Source: Candidatus Heimdallarchaeota archaeon (GTDB lineage Archaea; Asgardarchaeota; Heimdallarchaeia; Heimdallarchaeales; Heimdallarchaeaceae). Taken from it: a stretch of DNA of 47,428 bases. The notes under the pieces were generated by a model, which did not search any database, was not told the origin of the DNA, and saw only the letters and a list, made by a program, of their open reading frames with translations. How positions within the stretch are numbered: position 1 is the stretch's first letter; each line of letters opens with the position of its first letter. The stretch lies in NCBI GenBank assembly GCA_021399395.1, contig JAAFKJ010000005.1, positions 1 to 47,428 of the forward strand. Reading direction: 5' to 3'. Positions 1-10,129 of this stretch are shown piece after piece. The translations under genes and the position numbers were made by a program.

Positions 1-1133
1 TAGCTCGGAACATGAGGTATTTTGTCTGAATGTTTTTCATACATTTCATGTACAACTACTACATAACTTGCAGATTCATTAGTAAAACGCTTACCTGCTT
101 TGTTAACCATAATTCCTCCGGGATAACCTCGTTCTCCAACATGGAAGAAAGGTGGTTCTTCATGTGGAGCAGAAGAGGGTCCCCACCAAGCATCATCCAT
201 AAGATCAACAGCAGCACCATGTTTCATTCCTGATAAAATCGCATCTCCAGTATTTCCAAAATGTGCTGATGTCCATTCAGTTGTTATAGGCTTTGGATGA
301 TATTTTTCTCTCATTTCCAAGTTATGTGGAAAGCCTCCAGCAGCAAATATTACACCTTTTTCAGCTTTTATTCTTATTTCAGAATCTTCTTTCCTAGCAA
401 CTACACCAACTACTTTGTCTTTTTCCAATATTAAATCTTCAAAGGGAGTGTTAAGCCAAAGAGGAATGTTAGCATCCTGCATAGATTTTCTCAACCTACC
501 AATTAATGCATTTCCCAAAGTAAGGTGTCTATATCGAATCAATAAACCAAAGATAGCTCGCATTCCAGCTTTAAGAGCAGTCCATTTTCCAGCCCAAGTT
601 GACATTATCATTCCTAAATCATGATACTCTGAGATAGAGAAACTAATTCCAAGAGGAACATCATATGGTAAAGCATTTATATCTTTCAAATCCTTCTTCA
701 GTCTTCTACCATTGAATGGTTTACCTTCTAGAGCTCGACCTCTAGCACTTCCACCAGGTCTTTCTGGATGATAATCTGAGTAGTTTGGAACATAAAGAAA
801 CTTAACCTTAGAATTTTCTCTCAGCCAGTCAATCATTTTGGGTGCATTAGCTAAATAAGCTTCTTTGAATTCTGAAGGAACACGATCTCCAACAGTATTA
901 TCCATGTAAGTTCTAGCTTTTTCAATTGAATCATCAACACCATTCTTCTCTAGAAGGTAGTTATTAGGTATCCAAACACCTCCCCCAGAGAGAGCAGTAG
1001 AACCGCCATAGTATTGTGTCTTTTCTATGAGAATGACATCTAAGCCAGCTTTCTTTGCTACAAGAGCTGCAGTCATTCCCCCTCCTCCCGATCCCACTAT
1101 TAATACATCTGTTGTATTATCCCATTTAGTCAT
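1..1133 (-). CDS. kstD: FAD-dependent dehydrogenase, 3-ketosteroid-delta1-dehydrogenase (KstD)-like; 3' end runs off the window
   Basis: Absent from the ORF track. Manual translation from ATG 1133 gives MTKWDNTTDVLIVGSGGGGMTAALVAKKAGLDVILIEKTQYYGGSTALSGGGVWIPNN, i.e. Rossmann GxGxxG plus the GGSTALSGGGVWIP motif typical of KstD/FAD_binding_2. Confidence 0.8.
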   Translation of the reverse strand, partial: MTKWDNTTDVLIVGSGGGGMTAALVAKKAGLDVILIEKTQYYGGSTALSGGGVWIPNNYLLEKNGVDDSIEKARTYMDNTVGDRVPSEFKEAYLANAPKMIDWLRENSKVKFLYVPNYSDYHPERPGGSARGRALEGKPFNGRRLKKDLKDINALPYDVPLGISFSISEYHDLGMIMSTWAGKWTALKAGMRAIFGLLIRYRHLTLGNALIGRLRKSMQDANIPLWLNTPFEDLILEKDKVVGVVARKEDSEIRIKAEKGVIFAAGGFPHNLEMREKYHPKPITTEWTSAHFGNTGDAILSGMKHGAAVDLMDDAWWGPSSAPHEEPPFFHVGERGYPGGIMVNKAGKRFTNESASYVVVVHEMYEKHSDKIPHVPS

Positions 1134-1479
1134 AAGGAACTGTATTGTGTTAGCCTTATAAGCATTTACGGAAATTCTATAAGTGTCTATAATTGTAGAA
1201 ACAAACAAGTTGATGTGAGATATATGTGTACAATTTTCTCTGTTTCTAAGGGAAGCCAAGTGTTTTTTGGAAATAATGAAGATAATAGATTTGGTGGGGT
1301 CTAGATACACATTCAAGGACAATTCAATTGAAGAGAGATTTAGTTTTGAAAAAATACAAGTTCAAATAATAGAGAATCTTTTTAATTGATTTTTTCTTAT
1401 TGTTTCCTACAAAAATTAATTAATAAGTCTAAGAAAAGGAAACTCTGAGAGCAACTCAGAATTGTCATTGGTTTTAAAA

Positions 1480-2289
1480 ATGAGCAAGAGTAAGCGTTAT
1501 GAAATTTCAAAATATCCTGAAAGCAGGAAATTGGTTATTGATTTGGTGGAACAGGGATCAAAAAAACATCATGTAAAAGCAATGATCACGCTTGATGTTT
1601 CAGAACCCAGAAAAATTTTCCGAAACTACAAAGAAAAAACTGGAAATAGCTTGTCTTTTACAGGATGGATTATTACCTGTGTTGGTAAAGCAGTAAGTAA
1701 ACATAAGGAACTGAATGCGTATAAGAAGAGAAATAAGATTTATACTTTCGATGATTTTGATGTTGGCATTGTTATTGAAAGAGAATTAGGTGGGAAACGA
1801 GTGCCCACCAAATACATAATAAGGCGAGCTAATGAAAAAAGTTTCAAAGAGATCCATGAAGAAATTCGAAGTGTTCAAACAAAAAAGTCAGATGGTCCAA
1901 TTCTTGGTTCAAAGAAAGATAAAACTACTAGAACCCTAAGTTTCTTCGCTTCTTTGCCAAGATTCGTAAGAAAAATAATCTGGTGGTATGTAAATAATCA
2001 CCCGCCATTAAGAAAGAAATTCCTAGGAACAGCAACCATAACATCAATAGGAATGTTTGCCAAAATCGGAGGTTGGGGAATAGTGATCTCTTCTGAGACT
2101 CTACATGTTTTGATTGGTGGAATTTCAAAAAGACCTGTAGTTATTGATGATAAGGTAGAAGTCAGAGAATGCGTAGATCTAACTTTAATGGTTGACCATG
2201 TAGTCGTAGACGGCGCTCCATTTACAAGGTTTATACAAAGCTTAACTGAATTAATTGAAGAAGGATATGGATTGGAGGAGTTTAAATAA
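1480..2289 (+). CDS. 2-oxoacid dehydrogenase E2-type acyltransferase, catalytic domain only
   Basis: DHVVVDG catalytic motif and GTATITSIG motif; no lipoyl domain. ATG 1480 preferred over TTG 1462. Confidence 0.85.
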   Translation: MSKSKRYEISKYPESRKLVIDLVEQGSKKHHVKAMITLDVSEPRKIFRNYKEKTGNSLSFTGWIITCVGKAVSKHKELNAYKKRNKIYTFDDFDVGIVIERELGGKRVPTKYIIRRANEKSFKEIHEEIRSVQTKKSDGPILGSKKDKTTRTLSFFASLPRFVRKIIWWYVNNHPPLRKKFLGTATITSIGMFAKIGGWGIVISSETLHVLIGGISKRPVVIDDKVEVRECVDLTLMVDHVVVDGAPFTRFIQSLTELIEEGYGLEEFK

Positions 2290-2340
2290 CTCCTCTATAC
2301 AAAACCAATTTATCCAACTATTTTTTTCTTATTCTAATAT

Positions 2341-2370
2341 TTTCATTTTATTGCAAAGGCACCTTCCTTC
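2341..2370 (+). repeat. imperfect direct repeat, copy 1
   Basis: TTTCATTTTATTGCAAAGGCACCTTCCTTC matches 2827-2856 at 25/30 positions. Confidence 0.55.
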
Positions 2371-2425
2371 CGAGAAAGATTTATGAGAACGACTTAAATG
2401 TATGATAAGGTATTAGTGCAAATAG

Positions 2426-2782
2426 ATGAATTCTGATCAATATGAATATAATAATCCTCATTTTTTTACACAAAAAATAAAATCCGAACTTGGAAGAATG
2501 GGAGTAAAAATTGGTAATATACAATATGATGATAGTGCTTTTGGATGCTGGACACTTGAATATGAAATTGATAGTTCAGAATATCGATTTCTATGGGATA
2601 ATAGAGAAAGTTGGTTGATTCTTGAAAGATTAATGAAAAGGGGAAATCAAGAGGTATTGGAAGAAATTGATATGCATAGATATAATCAGGAAGCTAGAAC
2701 AGAAAAACAAGAGCGTGAACTGGAAGAATCTATAATCAATGATATGCTATTATCGATAAGCAAATTGAAACCAACATCATAA
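2426..2782 (+). CDS. hypothetical protein
   Basis: 118 aa ORF with normal composition; no family recognised. Confidence 0.7.
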   Translation: MNSDQYEYNNPHFFTQKIKSELGRMGVKIGNIQYDDSAFGCWTLEYEIDSSEYRFLWDNRESWLILERLMKRGNQEVLEEIDMHRYNQEARTEKQERELEESIINDMLLSISKLKPTS

Positions 2783-2826
2783 TACATACTACTAGAATAA
2801 TTGAAAAAAAAATTTGAATATTAACT

Positions 2827-2856
2827 TTTCATTTTACTGCAAAGCCATCTACTTTC
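2827..2856 (+). repeat. imperfect direct repeat, copy 2
   Basis: TTTCATTTTACTGCAAAGCCATCTACTTTC; with copy 1 it brackets the 2426-2782 gene. Confidence 0.55.
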
Positions 2857-2936
2857 AAGACCTCGATTTTCGATACAATATGACTAGAAAAACCACAGTT
2901 GTTGAAAAAAGAAAAAATGATATTGAAGTTGAAAAT

Positions 2937-4103
2937 TCATCCAACAATCATATCAACATCATTAAAATCTGCTACTAAACCGATTATTAGAATTGCAAAA
3001 CTAATAGTATATATGCCCAACCTCACAAAAAAAGCGATACCATCTGATACAATTAGTAAAAGAAGAGATAATATTGCTGAAATAAATATTAAACTCAATA
3101 TATTCTGTTTAAGAGCAGGATCCCGTGAATTGTACCAAGACATGAAACCTTTTATCATGAACCACATCAAATTGAAGTATGACTCACCTAACATACAAGA
3201 TGACCCAAATGCTGATGCGAGTGCTGCCTCATCTGATATTAAACCTAAACAATCATATATCAAGATTGTGAAAAGCCTTGTTAACACAAGTGTTGAAACA
3301 TATGCACTCAGGGTCTGGAAAGCTGGATGCCACATTGTAACTCCTGCAGCAGCTTCACCAATACCTATTGCCACACCAAGAAACATACATTGTATAATAT
3401 ACCACATAGCTTCTGCTCCACTTAGTTTTCCTGCCCAATATTGGTCTGTAAGTATTGGAACCATAATATCAGGAGTTGGCTCAACCCAGTAACAATACCC
3501 CATAGTTCCACCATCGCCAGGGTCGAGTCCAATTGGACCAATACCTTTACCATCAATAAGAAGTGGGGTTAGTTCGTCTTTGTTTGATATAATCGACTCC
3601 AATCTATTCAGAAGACTATCTCCTACGTCAACTGTTTGAGAACAAACCATTGAAGCAATTAAAGCTCCCAGCACAGCATCTACAATACCATTAAAAGTGA
3701 ATACTTCTGAAGTCGTTAAAGCGGTTTTTTCTATTAAGTTACTTGAATGACAAGATAACATAATGTCCGAATTTAAGGTTTTAAGGATATTCCTACTGAA
3801 ATCATTCCAAGAAATTTGTTCTCCTTCGAAGGTAACACCATTTTCGTTTCCATGTCCAACCCAGATAACGGGGGCTATAATTCTATTAATATAAATAGAG
3901 TATTCCAAAGTATCATAATCGACCACTATTACATTATCAATGTTGTTTCTCAGTGTTTGAATACTAAGATTTGTAGCATCATCATCACTTAGTTTTACGG
4001 CTAATACACTGTTTACTGGTGTAGAAAGTGCCATAACAAGTGACATAGAGATAATAATCAATGTAAATGCAATAGCATTCATTTTCATTTTATTTTGTTT
4101 CAT
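2937..4103 (-). CDS. secreted protein with putative caspase-like (His-Cys) N-terminal domain and hydrophobic multi-helix C-terminus
   Basis: Signal peptide; WVGHG...MLSCHSS; Gly/Pro linker; several hydrophobic helices. N-domain aligns with 5533-7056. Confidence 0.75.
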   Translation of the reverse strand: MKQNKMKMNAIAFTLIIISMSLVMALSTPVNSVLAVKLSDDDATNLSIQTLRNNIDNVIVVDYDTLEYSIYINRIIAPVIWVGHGNENGVTFEGEQISWNDFSRNILKTLNSDIMLSCHSSNLIEKTALTTSEVFTFNGIVDAVLGALIASMVCSQTVDVGDSLLNRLESIISNKDELTPLLIDGKGIGPIGLDPGDGGTMGYCYWVEPTPDIMVPILTDQYWAGKLSGAEAMWYIIQCMFLGVAIGIGEAAAGVTMWHPAFQTLSAYVSTLVLTRLFTILIYDCLGLISDEAALASAFGSSCMLGESYFNLMWFMIKGFMSWYNSRDPALKQNILSLIFISAILSLLLLIVSDGIAFFVRLGIYTISFAILIIGLVADFNDVDMIVG

Positions 4104-5049
4104 AAATTTCCTTCCTACTAAATATGGGTAGTGACTTAATAAATCAACTAATAGATTCGATAAGGTGCAATAATAATCCCATATCTAATTAAATGGTACT
4201 ATACCAATATTATTTTTTAAAGGTATCGTGACGATTAATGACAGATATTTATCAAGGGTTCAAGTAGTACAAACTATTGCAAATCAATGCAAACCCCTCT
4301 TCTTTCCAGTAAGGTCGAGTATCTAATAAAGTGATCTTTTAAGAAGATACCCGTTTTATGTTGCTCCTATTTACTCTAAGACTCTCTGTAAAGCATTTAG
4401 AGGATTCAGATGAATGAGACAAATTTTTTGGCAAAGTGGATCTATCATGGAGAAATAAAAAATCTAATCTAATCAATTTTTGTTGCACCAAAATGTAATA
4501 TGGGTTATACGTAGGTTTTACTAACCAAGCTAAAAGGTCTTTGTGTAAAAATAAGGCACAAATTACAAAATAAAGAGAGAGTAAGATGTTAGGTCTTTTA
4601 ACTGCTCCCCAGCAATTATACTTTATATTGATTATAATTTTCTTACATACTTATCTTATATTCTGTATTTCGGTATTCAAGAATCAATAGTAATACACTC
4701 TTTAGTAACAATATCAGCTTGAAAATACCGATTGTTCGGCATGTATTCGGAATATTCGGTACTGAGTTCCTTATATTTTAATACAATTTAAATCAGAAGC
4801 TATACACTCACTTAACAATTAAGTATTTAGTTCAAGATGCATTGAATTAGCAGAAGTACTAATTCCTTTCTATTTCGTTATACCTGAATTATAGCTGATT
4901 ATAGCCATGACAGGGATTTCAGATAATTTCTGGGAGAGAATATCATTTTGATTATTGTATAGACTCACATTTTTACTAAATTACAATGATTCTTGTCAGA
5001 AGTAAATGACAGTAATTTATAATTTATTTAGAAAAAAAAAGAAAAAGAG

Positions 5050-5532
5050 TTAATAAGAAATGAAATTCATGAGTAACCAACCTTGCTCAGTATAGCTTCC
5101 CCAATAGATTCTAAATTTAATCGTATTAATTGGAGTAGGATGAGTAATCTGTTTTTCAAGATATGTTCCTATAGTATAGCTGTAAGAGGGAGTTGTTTCA
5201 CCATTTATATAAATATACAAAAATCTAGCATAAATATCATTTACTTGCTGAATCTCAAATTTTATTGTGTCTTCGTCTGGATTCCCACTCAATGTATATG
5301 TCAAATCTGAATTATATGATTTTGGGAAATAATCGTTTGTAAATTTGTGTGCGTCTTTAAAACTACCTTTTAAATCTCCATGAAGTATTGTCGCAGTAGA
5401 ATACCAACTAACATATGATTTGCTCATAATCTTCTTTGTCCAGGCAAAATCATAGTATACTGTTTGACCAGGAACTAACCAGTAGTCATAATTGAATTGA
5501 TCATATCTGTCTTGGTTTTTAGTAGATTCGTG
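5050..5532 (-). pseudogene. in-frame C-terminal continuation of the 5533-7056 ORF beyond a single TGA (contains the 5050-5427 ORF)
   Basis: Reading through TGA 5533-5535 gives ...YFRVD*HESTKNQDRYDQFNYDYWLVPGQTVYYDFAWTKKIMSKSYV..., open to the stop at 5050. Confidence 0.7.
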
Positions 5533-7056
5533 TCAGTCTACTCGAAAATAGGATAACGGCACTTGGTTACCTCCTAAATTGGAGAAATGATAGTATATGT
5601 GAATGTTACCTCCCCACCATCCACCTTCAACATTATCAATAATCATTTCGATATATGTATTAGTATATGCGTGAGTATCTATATATGGTAAAAGAGTTGT
5701 ATCAATATCATCCAAAGTTGCATCAGCTAAATCATACCATAGATAAAATCTATCGTCAAGATCATCAGGAAAGGTTAATGCATTATAGTTACTTAGAACA
5801 GAATCAAGCTTACTACATACTACATCAAGTTTAGAATCTATGTTGTTATAGTTATTTATGATTGCATCTTCAAGATCTTCAAGTTTTTCATATAAACTAT
5901 CCCCCGTAGGAGTAAAATAATATATAGTCACTTCGTTATAAGTTTCTATATCTAAATCTTGAGCAACACCATCAGATAGTGGTACATAATTGAAATCCCA
6001 ATCTTTGTTACTAAAAGAATACACTGTAACCAGTATTGATGTCATACTATTAACAAAACTAATAGATTCTAAGATATCTGCTACAATTGTTGAACCTAAT
6101 GCATCGTTTGCTAGAGTTACGATATCTGGTAATAAATCTGCTACTAAATCTGTTACTGCACCCTCTAATCCTTCTGTTTTAAATTCTTGAGAGTCGACTT
6201 CAGCAAAAATCTCTTGTACCCATGTTTCCCACTCTTCCATTGTTAAGAGATAACCAAAGAAACCTGGATACATGGTACTTACAAACATATTGAAGATAGC
6301 CCTAAATGCAGCTTGTGTTAGAGCTGCTCCTGAACAACTGTAAGCTATAATAGATGCAAGTGCTCTTGTTCCATCTTTCAACAACCTTATAGTTGGGAGT
6401 AATGCACCATATTGGACACTTGTTTCACTTTTGAGACAATTAAAAGAAAGGGACTCTAATGGTGTGATCAGTCTATCTAGAAGATTGTATTTGTTTTTGT
6501 TAGTATATGTGATTGCCTCTTCAAAAATTACTTTCGACATCCTACTATTGTCCTCCTTAATATCTTCTTGGAGTGCTAGCAAGAAGCTTATGTATGCACA
6601 CATATAATCAACTTCTCCATCTAATGAAAACAGATCGTAATCTAAGAATTTGTTGATGTTTGAAGAATAGCATGAAAGCAGATATTGATGCTTTGCTTCA
6701 TTTCGCTTCAATAGGTAGCTTAGACTATCCCATGAATATGTTTTTTGATTTAACATAAGTCCTTCTTCACTTCCATGAAAAACGTAGATTTGATATTTTG
6801 AATCAGTTGCGGTAGATTTTCTATTTAAGATTTCTAGACTTTTGCATTGATAAGTTAGTGAAGCTTTATCTAAGAGTTCTTTCAGTTCTCTCACCAGCTT
6901 TTCAGTTGTTGAACTAGATTTGTCAAAGAAAATATCGACCTGTAATTCATACATGTCTTGGTTTTCTTGTTCTCTTTCTGAATAAGCTGTCACCATAACT
7001 GTTGATGGTACCATCAAGACAATTATAATTATACTACATATTTTTTGATATTTCAT
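5533..7056 (-). CDS. secreted protein with putative caspase-like (His-Cys) N-terminal domain; probably the N-terminal part of a 668-codon gene
   Basis: Signal peptide; YVFHG...LLSCYSS; GAGGT SD upstream; paralog of 2937-4103 in the N-domain. Confidence 0.75.
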   Translation of the reverse strand: MKYQKICSIIIIVLMVPSTVMVTAYSEREQENQDMYELQVDIFFDKSSSTTEKLVRELKELLDKASLTYQCKSLEILNRKSTATDSKYQIYVFHGSEEGLMLNQKTYSWDSLSYLLKRNEAKHQYLLSCYSSNINKFLDYDLFSLDGEVDYMCAYISFLLALQEDIKEDNSRMSKVIFEEAITYTNKNKYNLLDRLITPLESLSFNCLKSETSVQYGALLPTIRLLKDGTRALASIIAYSCSGAALTQAAFRAIFNMFVSTMYPGFFGYLLTMEEWETWVQEIFAEVDSQEFKTEGLEGAVTDLVADLLPDIVTLANDALGSTIVADILESISFVNSMTSILVTVYSFSNKDWDFNYVPLSDGVAQDLDIETYNEVTIYYFTPTGDSLYEKLEDLEDAIINNYNNIDSKLDVVCSKLDSVLSNYNALTFPDDLDDRFYLWYDLADATLDDIDTTLLPYIDTHAYTNTYIEMIIDNVEGGWWGGNIHIYYHFSNLGGNQVPLSYFRVD

Positions 7057-7242
7057 TTTAGTTAATACCTCATTAATGATACGTCAACTTGTCTTAAGCT
7101 CTCTCTCTAAATATATCGTTTATCTGATGACGCAAATAGTACTTACTTTAATAGCTAAATAAGGGTTGCTGAAATAAGAATAGTAGTATGATTAAAGATT
7201 GGACAAGATTTATATTTCTGCAAAACAGATTAGCATTTAATA

Positions 7243-8907
7243 TTGAAAAGGAACATGCAGATGGTTGAACTCACCAAGACTGACAAACTGAAACAGCTTG
7301 TATTTTTTAAAAGCAAACTCTATAACATAGCTTTTCTCTGTTCAAACGTTCTTGTTTTTTCTCTTACCATCGTACTTACTCAGATAGAAATTTTACGGGC
7401 AAAAACGAGTTCTATCTTATTGGATGTTACACAAGTTGCATCAAATTCAAGCACTTTTATTATTCAAACAATGGAATGGCCAGGTATAACTGAAAAGTTT
7501 CCAGTAACATTGTTTTGGGGTGTGTCTACAATCATTTTTCTCCTCAATATGGTGTTCTGTAGATTCTTTCCCAGAAAAGCAGGTCTAACATCCATCTATC
7601 TGGCGGTGAGAACCGTTATTCATCTGTTATTTAGAGGGACGGCAGTAAAATCAGGTTCAATCAGTTTGTGGAGTGCTCTCTCTACCATTGAAGCTCCATA
7701 TTCTATTGAAATTGTCTTTTCTAGAACCTATCTGTCATTACTATTAATAGTTGTGACCCTCCTGCTGGTTCAGGGGGTGTTCTTTCTAGTTGTTCCTGCA
7801 AAAGCATTTAGAAAGAATGAGACGAGTTTCTTTCTCTTTACCAAGGATTTTACCAATCTATTTAAGTTCCATCTAATCATGATGCCTCTTACTCTGTTTA
7901 TAACAGGTGATGGAACTTCGGTCATTAGTTCCTATTTGTTTGCAATAGATGAAAAAGCTGAGATTCAACTCGTTCTAACTGCCTCTTATGTGTTTTCTGT
8001 AGCTGCCATTATTATACTGCTTTTTATATTCTTCAATATCATAAAGGAACCCTTTACATTTCCTGAACAAGAGGAAATCAAAACACCAAAGAAGCGTGTT
8101 CTCTTGTTGCTCCTTATTGGAGGGATGGGAATAATACTCTGGGGGGTTTACTTCTTCTACGGTTCTCTGTTTTTTTTAGGAGGGATGGTTAGTTGGGAAA
8201 TACTACGTACACTCTTGCAAGTTGAGATTGAACCTTTTGCAGTAGCTTTTGTTCTAATTGCTGTATTTTACTATGTTAGAAAAAGGAAGAGAAAAAGAGC
8301 CCAGCAACTCAGTTCTTATGAGAGAGAAGAGTTAAGTTCTACAAAGGAAGAATTTATTCACAAACCCTCGGTACAAATCGTCACGTCGATTCTCCTAATA
8401 TTGTCTCTTTGCACCTCCTGTTTTGTTCTGCCATTGTATGTTGATCTAAGTGATTACTACTCCTTCGATTCCAAGATAGGGTTGGATATGGACATAAAGA
8501 GAGCATGTACGATTACTGAGGCACAATTCTTAGCAAACGGAACGTTCGAGTTTATGGTTTCGATAGACATTAATTTTACCCATGTCCCCCAAGACACCCA
8601 AGGATCATTTATTGTCATTAGGGAGTTGGTGGTTGATACGGATAACGACTCCTTCTATGATTCCTATTATTATCTTTACAACCTTTCAATAAGCAACGCT
8701 TCAGACACACTCACAACAAACATTGGTAGTCATCAGAATGGTTCTTCCCTTATTATTGTAGGGTACGGATTTGTTGCAGTAAGGGGGAGCGTCAATCAGA
8801 CGTTTACTGTAGGCGAGTGCCTTACGTTTGTTTTCGCACACCAAATCACTGAAGAATATTTCTCAGTAGTATTTGAACCTTGTACTACTATTATAGAATC
8901 AAGTTAG
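7243..8907 (+). CDS. multi-pass membrane protein with C-terminal extracellular beta-rich domain
   Basis: Roughly 9-10 hydrophobic segments; start may be ATG 7255 or 7261. Confidence 0.75.
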   Translation: MKRNMQMVELTKTDKLKQLVFFKSKLYNIAFLCSNVLVFSLTIVLTQIEILRAKTSSILLDVTQVASNSSTFIIQTMEWPGITEKFPVTLFWGVSTIIFLLNMVFCRFFPRKAGLTSIYLAVRTVIHLLFRGTAVKSGSISLWSALSTIEAPYSIEIVFSRTYLSLLLIVVTLLLVQGVFFLVVPAKAFRKNETSFFLFTKDFTNLFKFHLIMMPLTLFITGDGTSVISSYLFAIDEKAEIQLVLTASYVFSVAAIIILLFIFFNIIKEPFTFPEQEEIKTPKKRVLLLLLIGGMGIILWGVYFFYGSLFFLGGMVSWEILRTLLQVEIEPFAVAFVLIAVFYYVRKRKRKRAQQLSSYEREELSSTKEEFIHKPSVQIVTSILLILSLCTSCFVLPLYVDLSDYYSFDSKIGLDMDIKRACTITEAQFLANGTFEFMVSIDINFTHVPQDTQGSFIVIRELVVDTDNDSFYDSYYYLYNLSISNASDTLTTNIGSHQNGSSLIIVGYGFVAVRGSVNQTFTVGECLTFVFAHQITEEYFSVVFEPCTTIIESS

Positions 8908-8992
8908 AATTCAAATTATTTCGATAAATTTTCAGAGAATTGAAAATTAAACGAATATGTTTAAACTTCTTATGACGATAATGAGGAGCATT

Positions 8993-9091
8993 GAATCTAT
9001 TACATATTTGCACAATTTTTTCTGGTCTAAAGGTTCTCTCAGTTTCGATGTAAACGACACCTACTTCTAAACCTCCAAGACTTTTAGGCAT
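8993..9091 (-). pseudogene. radA: degenerate RadA/Rad51 fragment
   Basis: MPKSLGGLEVGVVYIETERTFRPEKIVQIC resembles the RadA segment LPxxxGGLxGxVVYIDTExTFRPERIxQIA; no Walker A in the flanking sequence. Confidence 0.7.
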
Positions 9092-9330
9092 AGCACTCAT
9101 GAACATCTGAATAAAGAAAAATTGACATTGAAAGAACAATTCTAAGGTGTGGAAACCTTTTCTTTGTAATAGATGGTATTCTAAAATTTTCAAAAACCTA
9201 TAGAGTTTAGCATTCTACTCGTTTTTACTTAATTTCTTTAGAGCATCTCTTATTAAATCTTGGGGGGAATCAAGATCTAGAGACAATAGAGTCCTGGAAT
9301 GTAGGCAGTATATATCTAAGTAATATCAAA

Positions 9331-9474
9331 ACTGATGAAATTCCTAGACCAAAAATAAAAGAAAACAATGTCTTAGCATTATTGAAATGGTTAGAAGTAG
9401 AAGACACTGAAGAATTGGCAGAACTTCTTGAAAGAGCGTATAATGAAAGAGCTGATTTAAAGCTTCGTTATTAG
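9331..9474 (+). pseudogene. possible antitoxin (VapB-like) ORF with no clear start codon
   Basis: Frame open from 9211 ends ...LLKWLEVEDTEELAELLERAYNERADLKLRY*, with TAG directly abutting the PIN gene; no early ATG/GTG/TTG. Confidence 0.4.
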
Positions 9475-9873
9475 GTGTGTTATTTGCTTCTAGATTCAGA
9501 TTTTCTAATAATGGTTTTAAGAAAAGATCCAAAAGCATTAAGCAAATTAGAAGAGATAAGGGATAAATCAAAAGGCATAGCAATATCATATGTCAATCTC
9601 TGGGAATTATATAAGGGGGCTTATAAGTCATCCAGACCTGAAGAAGAAATAAAAAAGATTAGTATCTTAGTTTCATTTTTCACTTTATTAGAATTTACGA
9701 AAAAGGTAGATCAAGAATTTGGAAAACTTCTAAATCAACTTAACAATGATGGGAAACCTATAGGAGTTTTGGACACTTTAATTGCTAGTATTGCACTCAA
9801 TTACAATAAAACTGTAGTTACGAAGAATGTTAAACATTTTGAAAGAACAGGAGTAAAAATTGAATCTTGGTAA
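9475..9873 (+). CDS. vapC: PIN-domain VapC family ribonuclease toxin
   Basis: LLDSDFLI...WELYKG...DTLIASIAL...VTKNVKHF PIN motifs; start may be TTG 9484. Confidence 0.9.
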   Translation: MCYLLLDSDFLIMVLRKDPKALSKLEEIRDKSKGIAISYVNLWELYKGAYKSSRPEEEIKKISILVSFFTLLEFTKKVDQEFGKLLNQLNNDGKPIGVLDTLIASIALNYNKTVVTKNVKHFERTGVKIESW

Positions 9874-10129
9874 GCGTTTTTAATAGAAAGGACATCTAAT
9901 ATATTGAACTTATTAGAAGGATGTTAAACACATGTAAAACGTCTGTAAAACAATACTAGCTGTTCTGACGTTCATACAAGAAGATACCTTATTAGAAGAA
10001 AGGAGTATTTTTGAATAAGAGCCCTGTAAACAGACGGGAACACAAGAATTACTTTTATTTTTTTTTCACTATAAAAAATCAGTATTAGTGTTTATATAAT
10101 AAAATGTCACTTAATATGTGTTAAACTAG

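Noticed and set aside
30-624. + strand ORFs 30-233 and 415-624
   Set aside because: Antisense to the KstD-like gene.
1214-1232. TGT-N13-ACA match upstream of the KstD-like gene
   Set aside because: Not abutting an obvious TATA and lacks extended symmetry; compatible with chance.
2899-3492. 197 aa + strand ORF and the many other short antisense ORFs in the track
   Set aside because: Shadows of better-supported genes on the opposite strand, with no motifs.
4104-5049. ~950 bp intergenic region with short TTCGG repeats near 4670-4760
   Set aside because: No ORF, long inverted repeat or regular spacing that I could support.
5533-5535. Selenocysteine recoding of the in-frame TGA
   Set aside because: No redox motif context, and an oligo-T tract directly follows the gene with no evident SECIS-like hairpin.
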